Of a stretch of DNA of 27,493 nucleotides, positions 1-11,060 are shown piece after piece. Each line of letters opens with the position of its first letter. Positions within the stretch are counted from its first letter, which is position 1. The stretch is from a virus. Lineage: Duplodnaviria > Heunggongvirae > Uroviricota > Caudoviricetes. The position numbers were made by a program, and so were the translations under genes. The stretch spans positions 1 to 27,493 of the IMG/VR virus record IMGVR_UViG_2703718834_000005; one strand, given 5' to 3'. The notes under the pieces were generated by a model, which was not told where the DNA came from, searched no databases, and saw nothing but the letters and a program-made list of their open reading frames with translations.

Positions 1-174
1 ACCACGTAACGCGGTCAGGCCAACGTTATTTGCACCTGAGCGAGCCAGTTCATTGTTTTCGCGGATCAGACCAAGCGTTGCGTTAATGTCGCTTGCCTTT
101 GGCGCATTCTCATTTTGCGTACCGATGCCAGCCAGAAAACCACCAGAATTAATACCCTGTCGCCACGTAGCCAT
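1..174 (-). CDS. DNA ejection (injection) protein, gp20-like; N-terminal 58 codons only, gene runs off the window start
   Basis: ATG at 174..172 preceded by AAGGGG SD-like sequence with 6-nt spacer; open in frame to position 1 ([26 protein letters not shown]...); lies directly downstream of the gp7-like gene in the conserved P22/Sf6 order 14-7-20. Confidence 0.5.
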   Translation of the reverse strand, partial: MATWRQGINSGGFLAGIGTQNENAPKASDINATLGLIRENNELARSGANNVGLTALRG

Positions 175-184
175 TGATTACCCC

Positions 185-880
185 TTAATAAAGCAGTGAA
201 CCAAGCAGACCGATACCAGCACCGATACCAGCACCCCACGGAGTTGATGAACCAATTAATTTCGCAAGTCCAGCCCCAGCAATAGCACCAGACGCACCTC
301 CGCCAATAGCAGATTGCATTGCTGATGGTCTGTTGGCATTTGCCGCTGCAAGAGCCGCACTTTGCTGCGAAATCTGACTCATGTTGTTGGCATATGTCTG
401 CCCGGCGTTTGCCTGACCTTGCAGTGCGCCAAGACCAATATTTGCCAGATTCTGGTAGTTGTTCATCTGACCAGATAGCCATTGCTGACCAAGCGTTGGT
501 GCGATTGTTGCTAACTGATTACCGGTTGCAGTGGAACCCAATCCACCTGTTGCTTCCGCTGCCGCCAGACTCTGATAGCGAGCCTGACCAGCAAGATCTT
601 TGTACTGCTGAGAGTTGTAATACTGGTTAAGTGCCTGACCTTGCCCTTCCAGAGACGATAAGTTCTCGAGGCTGCCGACATACTTATCAGCCAGAGGAGT
701 AAACGGCTTCAGGTTGTTCATGATGGTGTTGAACTGCTGATTTTGCAGGTCTGCGGCATACTTCTGAGATTCTGCTGCATACTTTGCGCTTTTATCAGAG
801 CTGCCACCTTTCCCGCCTTTTTCAGGGCAATAAGGTTCCTCGCCGCGCAGTTTTCTGCCCAGCTTAAATGCATATAACAT
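185..880 (-). CDS. DNA ejection protein, P22 gp7-like
   Basis: 231-aa ORF, Gly/Ala/Gln-rich low-complexity protein, at the position and size of P22 gp7 (about 229 aa) after the gp14-like gene. Confidence 0.6.
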   Translation of the reverse strand: MLYAFKLGRKLRGEEPYCPEKGGKGGSSDKSAKYAAESQKYAADLQNQQFNTIMNNLKPFTPLADKYVGSLENLSSLEGQGQALNQYYNSQQYKDLAGQARYQSLAAAEATGGLGSTATGNQLATIAPTLGQQWLSGQMNNYQNLANIGLGALQGQANAGQTYANNMSQISQQSAALAAANANRPSAMQSAIGGGASGAIAGAGLAKLIGSSTPWGAGIGAGIGLLGSLLY

Positions 881-882
881 GG

Positions 883-1341
883 CTATCTCCCGTGATTCAG
901 GAAGTCGATTAGTTCTTCGCGTGTGGCGCTGTAAAACGTTACGTTATCCACGCCTTTGAAGTATTTCTTGATGGTTCCTACACGCTTAAGGCCAATCATT
1001 GCGCAGTAAATCTGCCCGTGGCGGAATTTGCGTGCGGCGAACGATGTGACGCACTGAACGGTGGTGTTAGTCAGAATGTATCGCCAGAACGCCAGCCCGA
1101 TTTCCTTGCTGAAGCCGCGAATCTCTGGCAGGTACATGGCGTGGCAATCGAATGTCAGCGGCTGAATCTCCTGATAGTAAACAATGCCGCCGAACTGCCC
1201 GTGCACGTTCACCTCAAAGTAACGGCAATCAGGTTTGTAGTCGTATCCATCACCGTTGTTGCTCCCGGCGATAATGTCGGGGTGATTTCCCACGGCTTCT
1301 ATCAGGTCGATGTTTCGCGTTGGTTTGAACTGAATCATCAC
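883..1341 (-). CDS. P22 gp14-like ejection/head-completion protein
   Basis: 152-aa ORF; 4-nt overlap with tail needle gene; position in conserved order 26-14-7. Confidence 0.5.
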   Translation of the reverse strand: MMIQFKPTRNIDLIEAVGNHPDIIAGSNNGDGYDYKPDCRYFEVNVHGQFGGIVYYQEIQPLTFDCHAMYLPEIRGFSKEIGLAFWRYILTNTTVQCVTSFAARKFRHGQIYCAMIGLKRVGTIKKYFKGVDNVTFYSATREELIDFLNHGR

Positions 1342-2186
1342 TGCTCCGCGATTATCTTGATGATTGTGGCAGTAAACGCCGCACCATTTGACTGAATGGT
1401 TAACGTACTGCCATTTGTGGCAAGAAAGCCGTCTTTATCCACGCTGAAGAACGTAGCTAACAGGATGTTGTCGGTTGTTGTCGCCGAGTTGCGACTGCTT
1501 ACCAGTGTGTCAGGAACAGAACCGGAAAATGTTAGCTGCATTGACCTGTTGGCGGTTCCGCTGGGCCAAGTCCCGACAATCGACAGCTTGAAGAACAAGG
1601 TTTTGTTCTCGTTGAACACAACCATCTTGTTGTTAACAGTGTCGAAGAATGGTGCCAACGTCCCGGATGACGGCGTGAGCGTTTTCAGCAGGCTAACAAG
1701 GTTGGTCGGCGCTGTCGGGATGGTTACAGATACGCCAGAGTAAACAACCTCCGACTTCTTGCGAGTAGTGGCATACTCCAGAGCATCGATGCGCGTTTCA
1801 TGGTCTGAAACCTGCGATTCCAGCGACTGAACTCTGGTATCAAGCGACGCAATATCGCTTTCATTCTGAGCGATTCGCGTTTCATGTTCCTGAAGAGTTG
1901 ATTCTGCCTGGCTGATTCGCTCCTCATGATTAACAAGCGTTGCTTCCGCAGCAGAAATTCGCTGCTCATGGTCAGCGAGAATCACATCCTGCTCATCGTT
2001 CCTGACCTGTGCATCATAAGCGCCCTGTCCGGCCTCGTTGGCTTTGTTAGCCACGTTACCAACATCAGTGCCCTGTGCGATAACGTAAAGCAGATACGAC
2101 TGCGAGAAGATATTGCGTGGAAGGACTGATGTGTCGAGCCGTGTAGCCTGAATGATTACTGGCACATTGAGATTCGAATCCGCCAT
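1338..2186 (-). CDS. tail needle protein (P22 gp26 / Sf6-type with C-terminal knob)
   Basis: 282 aa; central heptad-repeat coiled coil ([65 protein letters not shown]) followed by a beta-rich C-terminal domain; TAATG overlap with upstream gp10-like gene. Confidence 0.8.
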   Translation of the reverse strand: MADSNLNVPVIIQATRLDTSVLPRNIFSQSYLLYVIAQGTDVGNVANKANEAGQGAYDAQVRNDEQDVILADHEQRISAAEATLVNHEERISQAESTLQEHETRIAQNESDIASLDTRVQSLESQVSDHETRIDALEYATTRKKSEVVYSGVSVTIPTAPTNLVSLLKTLTPSSGTLAPFFDTVNNKMVVFNENKTLFFKLSIVGTWPSGTANRSMQLTFSGSVPDTLVSSRNSATTTDNILLATFFSVDKDGFLATNGSTLTIQSNGAAFTATIIKIIAEQ

Positions 2187-3604
2187 TACTCAATCCTTAT
2201 CTGGCAGCCAGACAGAGTGACAGGTGACTTCGTGATAACGCGCAATTTGAAGCCAATGTTTTTCCTGATGCGCCCTACTCGCTTCCACAAAACGCGTTTG
2301 TCGTAAACGAACGGTTCATTCTGCTCAATCATCTTTTCACGCCCGTAATTTATGCCGTCAGTGGTTGCAGAGAGAAAAAGGCGGTCAGCGTACTGCGCAA
2401 CGCCAGTGGATGATTCCACCTCCAGATCGAAGCATCTGGCGTTATCCGCTTTGAACAACGGAGTAAACAGCAGGTGTTCCTGCTGCTTGTCGTACTGGCT
2501 GCTGATATCGAACTGCAATTTCCCGGTCACGGATTCCAGCTTATCGCCGCACGTTATCTGATTGCCTTCGTAAATGAAATCGATAGCGCGGTACACATCG
2601 TCATACAGGCCTGTTTTCAGCACACACCATTGCGGACCATTGGCACTTGAAGATGCGTCGTACACGAGTACATGGCGCGGAAGGTGGATAATCAGCAGCT
2701 CATGAGCATCAAACCGCAGCGATTCCATCACACCATCAGCCAGTTCATCAGCAGTGTAGGAGCGGAGAATTTTCTCAATGCTCGCGCTGGCGATTGGTGA
2801 CACCTGACCGGAGCCGATGATATATACAGACGGTGCACCTGTTGCCGGATTGCTGATGAAAGCATAGGAATCAGCAAACGGCGTTTTGCAGTAAGTCCCG
2901 GCGATGCCTTTTTGCACCATCAGTGATGGCTGCGCGACATACAAAGCAGCACCAACGGTGGTTGCGCCAGTCAGGGAGAAATATTCAATAGTCGATGAAC
3001 CAAAGCAGACGATGAAGTCTCGCCATGTTCCGATGCCGAGGATACCGTCCGGCTGCGATTCTGCGCGATATTGTGCGCTGTAACGGTCAGGATGCGATTC
3101 GTCTTCAAGGTCAGTGATAAACCATGAATCAGAGCCGTCTTTTGACCACGCATAACGCCCACGTAAGCGCGTAATGTCACGAACAGAACCTAACTCATAC
3201 TGAGTGAATCCGCTGTCTGTAGGCCAGTTTGAGACGGTTTTAACCGTACCATCATAGCGATACTCGACCAGTTGACCATTAACGCCTACCGCCTGTGATG
3301 TTCGACCATGCGCCATTGATACGCGACCACTTCCGGCAACATTACCGACTTCGCTTTCTCCTTTGTACAGCTTGCCACCACACACGCGATAAACAGCATT
3401 CTGCGCCATGTTGTACTCGACGCCGCGCGATACACCGTTCACATCAGAGCGTTTGGCAATGCCCGGGAATGAGCGAAGATATCCGCTGCTGTTGAGGATT
3501 TCTTTGGGTGTAGCCAGCATATTCACTGGCAGATAGTCGATATAGTCGGCGTTTCGAAAGTCTTTGCCGACACCTTTCATAAGCGGAAGTTGCTGAATCG
3601 GCAT
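2186..3604 (-). CDS. tail hub / head-completion protein, P22 gp10-like
   Basis: 472 aa, same length as P22 gp10; located between gp4-like gene and tail needle. Confidence 0.7.
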   Translation of the reverse strand: MPIQQLPLMKGVGKDFRNADYIDYLPVNMLATPKEILNSSGYLRSFPGIAKRSDVNGVSRGVEYNMAQNAVYRVCGGKLYKGESEVGNVAGSGRVSMAHGRTSQAVGVNGQLVEYRYDGTVKTVSNWPTDSGFTQYELGSVRDITRLRGRYAWSKDGSDSWFITDLEDESHPDRYSAQYRAESQPDGILGIGTWRDFIVCFGSSTIEYFSLTGATTVGAALYVAQPSLMVQKGIAGTYCKTPFADSYAFISNPATGAPSVYIIGSGQVSPIASASIEKILRSYTADELADGVMESLRFDAHELLIIHLPRHVLVYDASSSANGPQWCVLKTGLYDDVYRAIDFIYEGNQITCGDKLESVTGKLQFDISSQYDKQQEHLLFTPLFKADNARCFDLEVESSTGVAQYADRLFLSATTDGINYGREKMIEQNEPFVYDKRVLWKRVGRIRKNIGFKLRVITKSPVTLSGCQIRIE

Positions 3605-3612
3605 TTATTCAC

Positions 3613-4095
3613 CTATGCGTTTGGGATATCGCCATCAATCATAGGGAGATCGCCTGGATAATATCGGTCAGATGTAAACACGTCATATTTATTACCCTGT
3701 CCTACAGGAAAATCTCCACGTCGTCGCATTGAAGGAACAACCAGAGTGTCGGTCATCAAGGCATCATATGAGCGTTGGGCGTTACTGAGAACTTGCGGAG
3801 TTGGCTCAAGGCTGTAATCAGATAGCATTCTCAGCAATAACTGATAGCCTACTGCGTGTTTGTATTTTCTTGGAAGACCTGACTCATCATCTGGTAATGG
3901 CTGCTCATCTCCAGTTGCGAAAGCGTAACCAATGTCGCCGGGGTTAATCATCCACTCGGACATCATATCTTCCAGATCATTTACACCATCTTCAATTGAT
4001 TGCGGCTCAACATCAGTCAGCGATGCATTAGAAGCAATAGCAAACTTACGAAGCGCAAAAAGGACGATCTCACCCTTTGTCAGTACTGTTGCCAT
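3613..4095 (-). CDS. head-to-tail adaptor, P22 gp4-like
   Basis: 160 aa; N-terminal region (LRKF..AS.ASLTDVEPQS..D.V.DLE.MM.EW) matches recalled P22 gp4; synteny. Confidence 0.7.
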   Translation of the reverse strand: MATVLTKGEIVLFALRKFAIASNASLTDVEPQSIEDGVNDLEDMMSEWMINPGDIGYAFATGDEQPLPDDESGLPRKYKHAVGYQLLLRMLSDYSLEPTPQVLSNAQRSYDALMTDTLVVPSMRRRGDFPVGQGNKYDVFTSDRYYPGDLPMIDGDIPNA

Positions 4096-4255
4096 TGTCT
4101 GCCGCCTTACTAGCTCGCTTACTGGTCGGTTTCAATTCATCAACTGAGGCAACAAAGCCCAACTTTTCGAAAAACTGGAAGTCTTTTTCTGCGATAACGG
4201 CCTGTACATGCCCGGATTCGTTATCTGCGGCAAGGAATACACTCATGCGATCCAT
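4070..4255 (-). CDS. hypothetical small protein (61 aa) between coat and gp4-like genes
   Basis: ATG at 4255..4253 with AAGGA SD 6 nt upstream; overlaps gp4-like start by 26 nt; no recognisable motif. Confidence 0.35.
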   Translation of the reverse strand: MDRMSVFLAADNESGHVQAVIAEKDFQFFEKLGFVASVDELKPTSKRASKAADNGNSTDKG

Positions 4256-4269
4256 ATTGTTTCCTTAAA

Positions 4270-4293
4270 ACATAAAAGGGGCGTAAGCCCCTT
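4270..4293 (-). terminator. intrinsic terminator immediately downstream of coat gene
   Basis: minus-strand RNA AAGGGGC-UUAC-GCCCCUU followed by UUAUGUUUU; starts 5 nt after the coat stop codon. Confidence 0.5.
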
Positions 4294-4297
4294 GTTA

Positions 4298-5569
4298 TTA
4301 CGGATTACCGAAGAACTGACCGCCCATGTGAGGGTTAAAGCACACATATGCAGGCAGTAAGTCGAAGCGCATTTTTTGCACGTTGGCATCGCCATCTGCG
4401 TATTTATGTACGCGGATGGAGAAACCTTCATATGTTGCAACAGCAGAATCAATACTGTGCAGTTTCGGCAGTGGGATAGAGCCAAGTCCACAGAAGAACT
4501 TGTTATAGAACAGGTTTGGCTTCATTGTCTGGCTAGCAGTGCCTACTACAGATACGGCATCGCCTGCCGCTACCTGACGACTTACAGAGTTGTACTGCGG
4601 GTTTGTAGTGTCATAAATCGGAACACCAGAAAGCGTAACCGTCACATCGCCACTGCCGTCTGAATCAGCATCAGCAGTAACCGTTGCAGTGAAGCTAATT
4701 GGTGTGGCTCCGTTATACAACGCCTGTTTGGTCTGCTGTTGCAGCCAGTAGGTATTGGTGAATTTAACCTGATCACCAGCTTTCAGAAAACCTGTAACGC
4801 TGGCTGTCGCTCCGGTCAATGTTACAGTGAACTGGTATGAGTCTTTAACTGCGTTATAGGTAACATTTGGCTGTGTTTTGACTGTCAGTGTTCCGCCAAA
4901 TGCCCCCTGCGTACGAGAGGCAAGCCCATTAGACATCAGTGCGCGAATGCCGCCAAAATTGGTTGGGATCTGTGCATTCTCCCATGCAGTACGAACCAAT
5001 TGATCTGAAGCGTGCAAACCAGTCTGCGCATCAGCAAGTCGCTGTGCAGACCATGGATCCATTACAGCATAGTTTTCACCTTCATTAACGCCGAGGTCTT
5101 TCAGGAAAGATGCCGTCTGCGCAACATCAGACCATTTGGTGATTGGAGTATTGGGGCTACCAAGTGACAACGCACCGTTATTCATCATGAAGTGAGCAAG
5201 CTCTGTTTCAAGGTCGGTAACGATTCGCTGGCGAACCGGCGCGAGAATTTCTTCCAGCTGGTTAAGCTTGATCGCTTCCTCCAGTTGCTGATATTCAACA
5301 GCAACAGTGATGTAGTTACCTACACGCCCCGTAGCTTTACCTGAGATCAGGTTGTTTTTATTTTGCCCTGAAATATCACCAGTGGGAGTACGGAGGGATG
5401 AGAATTGATGCGGACGTTTAAAGCTAACGCTATCGCCAGTGCTGGAGTTGATTTCACCTGCCAGCAACTGACGGTCTACGGTTTTCGCCAGAACTAAATC
5501 TGACATAAAACCCGGAAGGAATTTTTTCAGAACGATTTGACTGACGTTACTGTCGAGATTGTTAGGCAT
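4298..5569 (-). CDS. major capsid (coat) protein, P22 gp5 / Sf6 gp5-like
   Basis: 423 aa (Sf6 coat length); position between scaffold and gp4. Confidence 0.85.
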   Translation of the reverse strand: MPNNLDSNVSQIVLKKFLPGFMSDLVLAKTVDRQLLAGEINSSTGDSVSFKRPHQFSSLRTPTGDISGQNKNNLISGKATGRVGNYITVAVEYQQLEEAIKLNQLEEILAPVRQRIVTDLETELAHFMMNNGALSLGSPNTPITKWSDVAQTASFLKDLGVNEGENYAVMDPWSAQRLADAQTGLHASDQLVRTAWENAQIPTNFGGIRALMSNGLASRTQGAFGGTLTVKTQPNVTYNAVKDSYQFTVTLTGATASVTGFLKAGDQVKFTNTYWLQQQTKQALYNGATPISFTATVTADADSDGSGDVTVTLSGVPIYDTTNPQYNSVSRQVAAGDAVSVVGTASQTMKPNLFYNKFFCGLGSIPLPKLHSIDSAVATYEGFSIRVHKYADGDANVQKMRFDLLPAYVCFNPHMGGQFFGNP

Positions 5570-5580
5570 TTATCTTTTCC

Positions 5581-6465
5581 TTATTCGATTTTTGCGCCGG
5601 GGCATAATTTGTTGAATTCGTCTTGTTTCGCATCAGCACCGCCACCACGTACTTCCGGCTCTGGCTTGATGGCTTTCTTTGGTTTTGGAGCAAGGCTTAC
5701 CTGTTTGCTAATCTGCCCCAAGAGGAATGCTGCGCGAATTGGATCTGTCTCAGCGGCTACACGCTGGCGTAATTGCTGACTCTTACCTAAGCCATAGGCG
5801 AGTAGTTCAGAGCCTTCGTCTGCACAGTGAATGATGATTTCCTGCTGAATTGGTGGTAGCTCACTAAGAACAATGGCTTCCATTTCCTGATAATCTTTCA
5901 CAGGAAGTTTGGCTGCCCGTTGTTTATGCGCTTCTACCCTTTGCTGGAAACGCTGCTGGTATTCCTGTTGCTGACGTAGTTTTTGTTGCTGCTGCTGTTC
6001 GACACGGCCTTTTTTCTCATGCCAATCAGTCAATGCCTGTTCAAACGCCTGTTCGTCATAATCACACGACTCAAGAGTCGGTTTTGGTGGAATAGCGTCT
6101 GGTTGTGGTTGCTGATGTTCCGCTGGCTTGGCTAATGCTTCCTCAAGCTGGCGGCGCAACTCACGGTTTTCTTTCTGTGTTTCTTTGAAGCCTTTGCGAA
6201 GATCTTTCACCCATTGCGGTGCAGGTTGCCCGTCAATGTGATCATCATCGTCAGCGTTAAGCTGAATTTCTTCATCACCAATACGCAAGGCGTAATCTTC
6301 TGGTGTCTCTTCGGTTTTTTCAGGCTCAGTTGCCACCTCTTTACCGTTGTCATCCTGGCTTTCATTCTCAGGCTGTGACTCTGTTTGGATGATGGTTTCT
6401 TCTGCATTTTCCTGTGTTTCAGACAGGTCAATAACCTGACCGTCGATGATCAGTTCGTTTTCCAT
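5581..6465 (-). CDS. scaffolding protein
   Basis: 294 aa, highly acidic N-terminus, Gln/Glu-rich helical middle, basic C-terminus; between portal and coat. Confidence 0.75.
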   Translation of the reverse strand: MENELIIDGQVIDLSETQENAEETIIQTESQPENESQDDNGKEVATEPEKTEETPEDYALRIGDEEIQLNADDDDHIDGQPAPQWVKDLRKGFKETQKENRELRRQLEEALAKPAEHQQPQPDAIPPKPTLESCDYDEQAFEQALTDWHEKKGRVEQQQQQKLRQQQEYQQRFQQRVEAHKQRAAKLPVKDYQEMEAIVLSELPPIQQEIIIHCADEGSELLAYGLGKSQQLRQRVAAETDPIRAAFLLGQISKQVSLAPKPKKAIKPEPEVRGGGADAKQDEFNKLCPGAKIE

Positions 6466-6478
6466 TGATTACTCCTGG

Positions 6479-8605
6479 TTAACTCGGCATTAAGTCTGCC
6501 GGTGACTGTGGTGGTGACTGGAATTGCTGTTGTTGTGACTCGGCGACATCTTTCAGAAGGCGTATTGCCTCCATCACTGCTTTGTCATCGATGTTTCTGG
6601 CTTGAGCCAGTTTATAGACAGTGTTTGCCTGACTCTCCATCGCATCCTGCTGGGCAGTAAATGCTTTGATTTGAGTTTGAGCAGTTTCGTTAGTTGCTTT
6701 TTGCGCTTCTGCCTGCGCTGCTACCATTTGCGCCTGAGCGAGAACCATTTCAGGATTTGGCTGGCTTTGTGCTGCCATTTGCGCCTGTTGAACAATCTGC
6801 TGCTCTTTCTCATTGCGTGGTTTTGCAATGCCAGATATCAGCAGTTGGTTTCGGTTGTACTCTTTGAAGTCATCAAGGCCTTCGCCATCGATATTGTCCA
6901 GAATAATACCCTGAATTGCCGGACGCATTGGGTCTGTTGGAAGCATAGAGCTAAGGACATTTGTCAGTACAGAAACCGTTGCATCACGTCGTGCTGTGTA
7001 GCTTGGTCCAACATCAACCGTCACATCGTATCGACCGACAGAAAGGTCATTTAACGCAACAACAGCCCCTGTTTGCCTGTCAACAACCTGTGCGCTCAGG
7101 ACAGCGATATCATCACTTCCATCTTCGTTAACGATGCGCACTTCACGCTCTGAACCGTACACTTCACGCGCCATTGACAGCCATACTTCACCAGCTCGTT
7201 TAAGACTTTTCGCCATATTGTCCAGATAGATAAACGAAGCCATATCTGCTCTGTTCATCAAGTTGTTAACCGTTTCCTGAGCAATATTACTTGGCATCTG
7301 CTGCATGGCCTGACTGCCGCCTGTAACCTCCTGAATATCTGCACTGGTTTGCTGTAGTAATGCAGCCAATGCCTGATTCATAACCGCAGGCTGTGTATAT
7401 CCTGCCGGGGTAGCTCCAGCGATAATGTTGCCAGATTTATCTCTCACTTCGCGCAACGGCAAGAACGCTGGGCGTTTCTTGTTGCGAGCCTCCCAGTGCT
7501 TCTCAAGTCCACGAATTTGCTCCATGCCAACTATAGGAATCTGACCGGGGTCTTGCGCTGCAGTATCAGCCAGCATTGAAACCTGAAGGTTGTACAAACG
7601 CTGTGGATCCATTGCTTTTGCAATGTGCCCTTCGACACGCTCAATGTCATCAATGAACCAGCGTTTTCCATAAACCGGGATGAGGGGGATATGCTCACCA
7701 GGAATACGTCGAGGTTTCTCAAGGAAACCATCACCATCCACTACGGATACATACACACGACGGCGCTTCACTGAGCGCCTTGCCACTTCATGAAATCCAG
7801 CTATTGCCAGTTCATCTTCAATATCTTCAACCTGATCACTGTCGTATGTTGCAATCTCTCCAGTGATTGGATGTCGATAACTGATGACGTCAACAGACTC
7901 TTTACGAACTTCGTAATACTTCGCTATGTAAATAACATCTGCACCAAACCAGTTATATTCCCAACTGGTCATAGACGTTACATCCAGAGAAGTAGGAGGT
8001 TTCTTTCCGTATTCAGCCTCATATTTTTCTGGTGACAACGAATACATACAGAACGCCCACAACGCGTCAGATTTGTCGTACTTCTTAGCGTCAGGGTCAA
8101 ACCACACAGAGCGCGACGGGTCGTATATTGGTTCAATAGCAATACGCTGACGATCGTCCATGGGGTCGTATTCATTGACCAGCATCGACGTCAAACGGAA
8201 GCAACCGAAACCACCAGTAGCAGCGTCGTCAAATGCATTATCGCAAGCCTCACCGCCATCAGTTTCTTCGTAGTCAGCACGGAACAGACCATTTAATTTA
8301 TTGGCTAACTCTTCGCTTGCCTCTCTGTCACCAGGACGAAACTTAACGGTTATTCTGTTATTGCGGTATTCTGCAATGATGCGGTTAAGTTCAGTTGCTA
8401 CCTTATTGATTTCAAACTTAGGATACTTCTCGAACTGCTCATCAAGCTTAGTTCCAGCCGCCGTTGCTCCTTCCCATTGACCTCCGGGGACACGAGCAAA
8501 CCTCGTAGCTTCAATGCACTTTTCGCGCACTTCCTTCTGTGGAGAATAGGCGCGGTCAAACCTGAGCATGATCCGCTCATGTTTTTTCTCTAATGTCTCT
8601 GCCAT
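6479..8605 (-). CDS. portal protein
   Basis: 708 aa from ATG at 8605 (the track start at 8677 is a GTG 24 codons upstream); ATG lies 2 nt after the terminase large subunit stop; Gln-rich C-terminal barrel-like tail typical of P22-like portals. Confidence 0.9.
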   Translation of the reverse strand: MAETLEKKHERIMLRFDRAYSPQKEVREKCIEATRFARVPGGQWEGATAAGTKLDEQFEKYPKFEINKVATELNRIIAEYRNNRITVKFRPGDREASEELANKLNGLFRADYEETDGGEACDNAFDDAATGGFGCFRLTSMLVNEYDPMDDRQRIAIEPIYDPSRSVWFDPDAKKYDKSDALWAFCMYSLSPEKYEAEYGKKPPTSLDVTSMTSWEYNWFGADVIYIAKYYEVRKESVDVISYRHPITGEIATYDSDQVEDIEDELAIAGFHEVARRSVKRRRVYVSVVDGDGFLEKPRRIPGEHIPLIPVYGKRWFIDDIERVEGHIAKAMDPQRLYNLQVSMLADTAAQDPGQIPIVGMEQIRGLEKHWEARNKKRPAFLPLREVRDKSGNIIAGATPAGYTQPAVMNQALAALLQQTSADIQEVTGGSQAMQQMPSNIAQETVNNLMNRADMASFIYLDNMAKSLKRAGEVWLSMAREVYGSEREVRIVNEDGSDDIAVLSAQVVDRQTGAVVALNDLSVGRYDVTVDVGPSYTARRDATVSVLTNVLSSMLPTDPMRPAIQGIILDNIDGEGLDDFKEYNRNQLLISGIAKPRNEKEQQIVQQAQMAAQSQPNPEMVLAQAQMVAAQAEAQKATNETAQTQIKAFTAQQDAMESQANTVYKLAQARNIDDKAVMEAIRLLKDVAESQQQQFQSPPQSPADLMPS

Positions 8606-8607
8606 GT

Positions 8608-10020
8608 TTACCAACCGGAGGATGAGGGAACGTATATTTCTGTTTCTTCGCGGACCAATGCCGGGCAATGCATACACATCATCAGCGCATCAGCCAGGTT
8701 AGGAGATGGAATACCGAGCTTCTGCTTCATTTCGACCTTAGTCATAAGCTCCAGCTTCCCGTTATTATTGAATTTGCGCTGAATCTGCGTCAGTTCTGCA
8801 AACAGCTTCTCCAGCATCTTCTCGCCTATCGCTTCTTTATCGAAGCTCAGCATGTCGTCGGGGTCTGCATACTCACCGTGAACAACCGCCCGATATGTCA
8901 GATACAGCCTGTCAGCCAGCGCGTAATAGAATTGCGCTCGCTTATTGCGGAATACATCGCCAATAGTGCGAACGTTGTCGCCCTGTACGACTTCATCAGC
9001 CCACGCTCCGGCCTGATACGGAGCATCTTCATCGAATGGCGATTCGCTGCCCTTGAACATCGTAGCGGTGATTTTCTTGCCGGAGAACGCTTCCGTTGTC
9101 TGTCTGCGTAGCCCGGCACCAACACCATCACCATCCCACAGGTAGTGGTCAGCGCCGTCTTCAATCGCCAGCGAGGTAGCCCAGTCAGCACCCTCGTTGA
9201 TGTCCATCAGCAGACCTTCGGCAATGCGCTTAACCACCGAACCGTGACGCGATGCATAACCTTTAGCATCCGGCCCTGTATCTGATGGGTCATGCGCAGA
9301 GACAACAGCGCCTTTCGCTTTCCATCCGAGTTTCTTGTGCGCATCGGTTGCGGATTCAAGCCATTCACGTTTGATGATTGCCATATCACTTGCGCTTACT
9401 GGCTCACCAAGCCAGATGTGACGATACAGTGTCGGATTTCTACGTTTACACTCTTCCATCTCCAGACGGAGAACTTCAGGAAAGTGCGGATTGTCGGTGT
9501 AGTTCACTGTCAGCAGACAAATATCATCAGGAGGGTTTACGACGAATCGCTGATAGGTATCGTCGAGGATGTTTTTCGGGTTGAAGCTCACCCATATTTC
9601 GGAAAACGGCTTGCGGATGGTTGGTATCAGGATGTCCCATGATTCCTTCGTTACCGCTTCCGCTTCTTCCACCCAGCAGATATCAATGCCTTCGAGCGAT
9701 TTAATCTTCGTCGGGTTGTTTTTGATGCCGTAGAACATGAATTCAGCATTCGTTCCGAGATGACGAATCATTGAACGCTGAATTTCAAACTCAGCCGAAT
9801 ACCCTTCCCGCTCTATGGTGTCTTCAAGCAACCGGATTACCGAATCGCTGATACTGTTTTGCAGTTCACGAGCGCAGAGAATACGCACAGGCTGCCGGCG
9901 CGCCGCCTCAACAAGCAGCCTCGCAATTGCCCATGATTTACCGCTACCTCGACCGCCTTTGGCGACTTTGTAGCGATGCGCCTCAATGAACGGTTCAAAG
10001 ATAGGATTAATCGAGGTCAT
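8608..10020 (-). CDS. terminase large subunit
   Basis: 470 aa; Walker A KGGRGSGKS near N-terminus; overlaps small terminase stop. Confidence 0.95.
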   Translation of the reverse strand: MTSINPIFEPFIEAHRYKVAKGGRGSGKSWAIARLLVEAARRQPVRILCARELQNSISDSVIRLLEDTIEREGYSAEFEIQRSMIRHLGTNAEFMFYGIKNNPTKIKSLEGIDICWVEEAEAVTKESWDILIPTIRKPFSEIWVSFNPKNILDDTYQRFVVNPPDDICLLTVNYTDNPHFPEVLRLEMEECKRRNPTLYRHIWLGEPVSASDMAIIKREWLESATDAHKKLGWKAKGAVVSAHDPSDTGPDAKGYASRHGSVVKRIAEGLLMDINEGADWATSLAIEDGADHYLWDGDGVGAGLRRQTTEAFSGKKITATMFKGSESPFDEDAPYQAGAWADEVVQGDNVRTIGDVFRNKRAQFYYALADRLYLTYRAVVHGEYADPDDMLSFDKEAIGEKMLEKLFAELTQIQRKFNNNGKLELMTKVEMKQKLGIPSPNLADALMMCMHCPALVREETEIYVPSSSGW

Positions 10021-10442
10021 TTTCCGAATAGAGTGCTCATCGGTGATGTTTCAATCTGAATTGCGCCGCCGTCTTTGCCGACAAGTTCATTAGTTACCTT
10101 GTCGCCATACTTACGGGGATTCATTCTGGCCAGCGCCCATTTGCGGGTATCAACGCGAAGTCTTGCCTTTGCCACCTCGGCGGCATCAGGGATTACGTCG
10201 TCAGCAATTTCGAATATCTCTTCGAAAATAGAGTCGGCCCGAGTCTCTGTTGCCTTCGCGTACTGGTCACGAAACTCCTGATGTTCAGCCAGCCAGCGAA
10301 AAACTGATGTTTTGCTCGGCATTCCTGGGCGTTCGCAAACTTTGCGCAGACTCTCACCGGAGGAAAGCAATGCGCAAATGTCATTAGCCACCTCCGGCAT
10401 ATAATCAGAGGGGCGACCACCTTTCTTTTTCTCAGTCGCCAT
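10017..10442 (-). CDS. terminase small subunit (Sf6 gp1-like)
   Basis: 141 aa; sequence (GRPSDYMPEVA..I..LLSSGESL.KVC.RPGMP....VFRWL) matches recalled Sf6 small terminase nearly throughout. Confidence 0.9.
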   Translation of the reverse strand: MATEKKKGGRPSDYMPEVANDICALLSSGESLRKVCERPGMPSKTSVFRWLAEHQEFRDQYAKATETRADSIFEEIFEIADDVIPDAAEVAKARLRVDTRKWALARMNPRKYGDKVTNELVGKDGGAIQIETSPMSTLFGK

Positions 10443-10521
10443 ATTGATTATTTCCCTTCTGCTTGCTTATCCCATTCATCGCGGAATTTGGATGGGTTGT
10501 CGAAACCTTGAGTTGCCATGT

Positions 10522-10764
10522 TTACGCTCCCGTAGTGAACAGGTCTAACGCTTCCTTCGATTTACGCACCGCTTCGATAGTGCGGGTCGTGATATCTGAA
10601 TTAGCGCCGCCTGACTGGAAGTGAATTTTGAATAGCTCAAGCTTCAGCTCGTCAGTGCCAATGAATTGAAATGCTTCTTCTGCGGCTGCGTTCTGGTTCA
10701 TGACCAGTTTATAAATCTCTAACTGGAATTTCTGTTCTTCAGTCATGGGAATAATCTCTGCCAT
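10522..10764 (-). CDS. hypothetical protein (80 aa)
   Basis: ORF with ATG start; no recognised motif. Confidence 0.45.
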   Translation of the reverse strand: MAEIIPMTEEQKFQLEIYKLVMNQNAAAEEAFQFIGTDELKLELFKIHFQSGGANSDITTRTIEAVRKSKEALDLFTTGA

Positions 10765-10833
10765 TGTTGGCTCCGTTTATCCGTTAAAAGGGATATCAGT
10801 TAAGTTATCCCGTGTAGGGTATAAGCCATTGTC

Positions 10834-10856
10834 GAGACCACTCATTGAATGGTCTC
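10834..10856. promoter_or_regulatory. inverted repeat (7-bp arms, 9-nt spacer) in 296-bp noncoding gap upstream of the 80-aa gene
   Basis: GAGACCA-ctcattgaa-TGGTCTC read directly. Confidence 0.3.
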
Positions 10857-11060
10857 TGCAATAACCGATGTCTTTCCATCAGTCCGCCACCACAAAGAAT
10901 CTTTTTTTGCCATAAGGCAGGAGGTTCATCTTTCAGTGGCTGCCAGTGTTATTTCCCCACTTACTGGCTTGGGTTGTTTCGTGGTACTGCCGTTAACTGG
11001 TGGCCCAGAATAAATTCCGGTTTCATTATCAAGCCCACCCGTAAATGGGCTTTGTAATGG

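Noticed and set aside
66-482. Track ORF 66..482 (-), 138 aa, Cys/Trp/Arg-rich
   Set aside because: Overlaps the gp7-like and gp20-like genes in another frame; the real gp20-like start is the ATG at 174 with an SD.
1018-10281. Numerous plus-strand ORFs antisense to the structural and replication genes (for example 1018..1395, 1396..1743, 6602..7054, 8668..9111, 9292..9642, 18886..19335, 19351..20085)
   Set aside because: They lie fully inside well-supported minus-strand genes, lack SD sequences and have biased composition typical of antisense shadow ORFs.
10448-10519. 23-codon ORF (MATQGFDNPSKFRDEWDKQAEGK) between the 80-aa gene and the small terminase
   Set aside because: Too short and without clear SD; start abuts the upstream stop, so it could be a coupling artefact; not reported as a gene.
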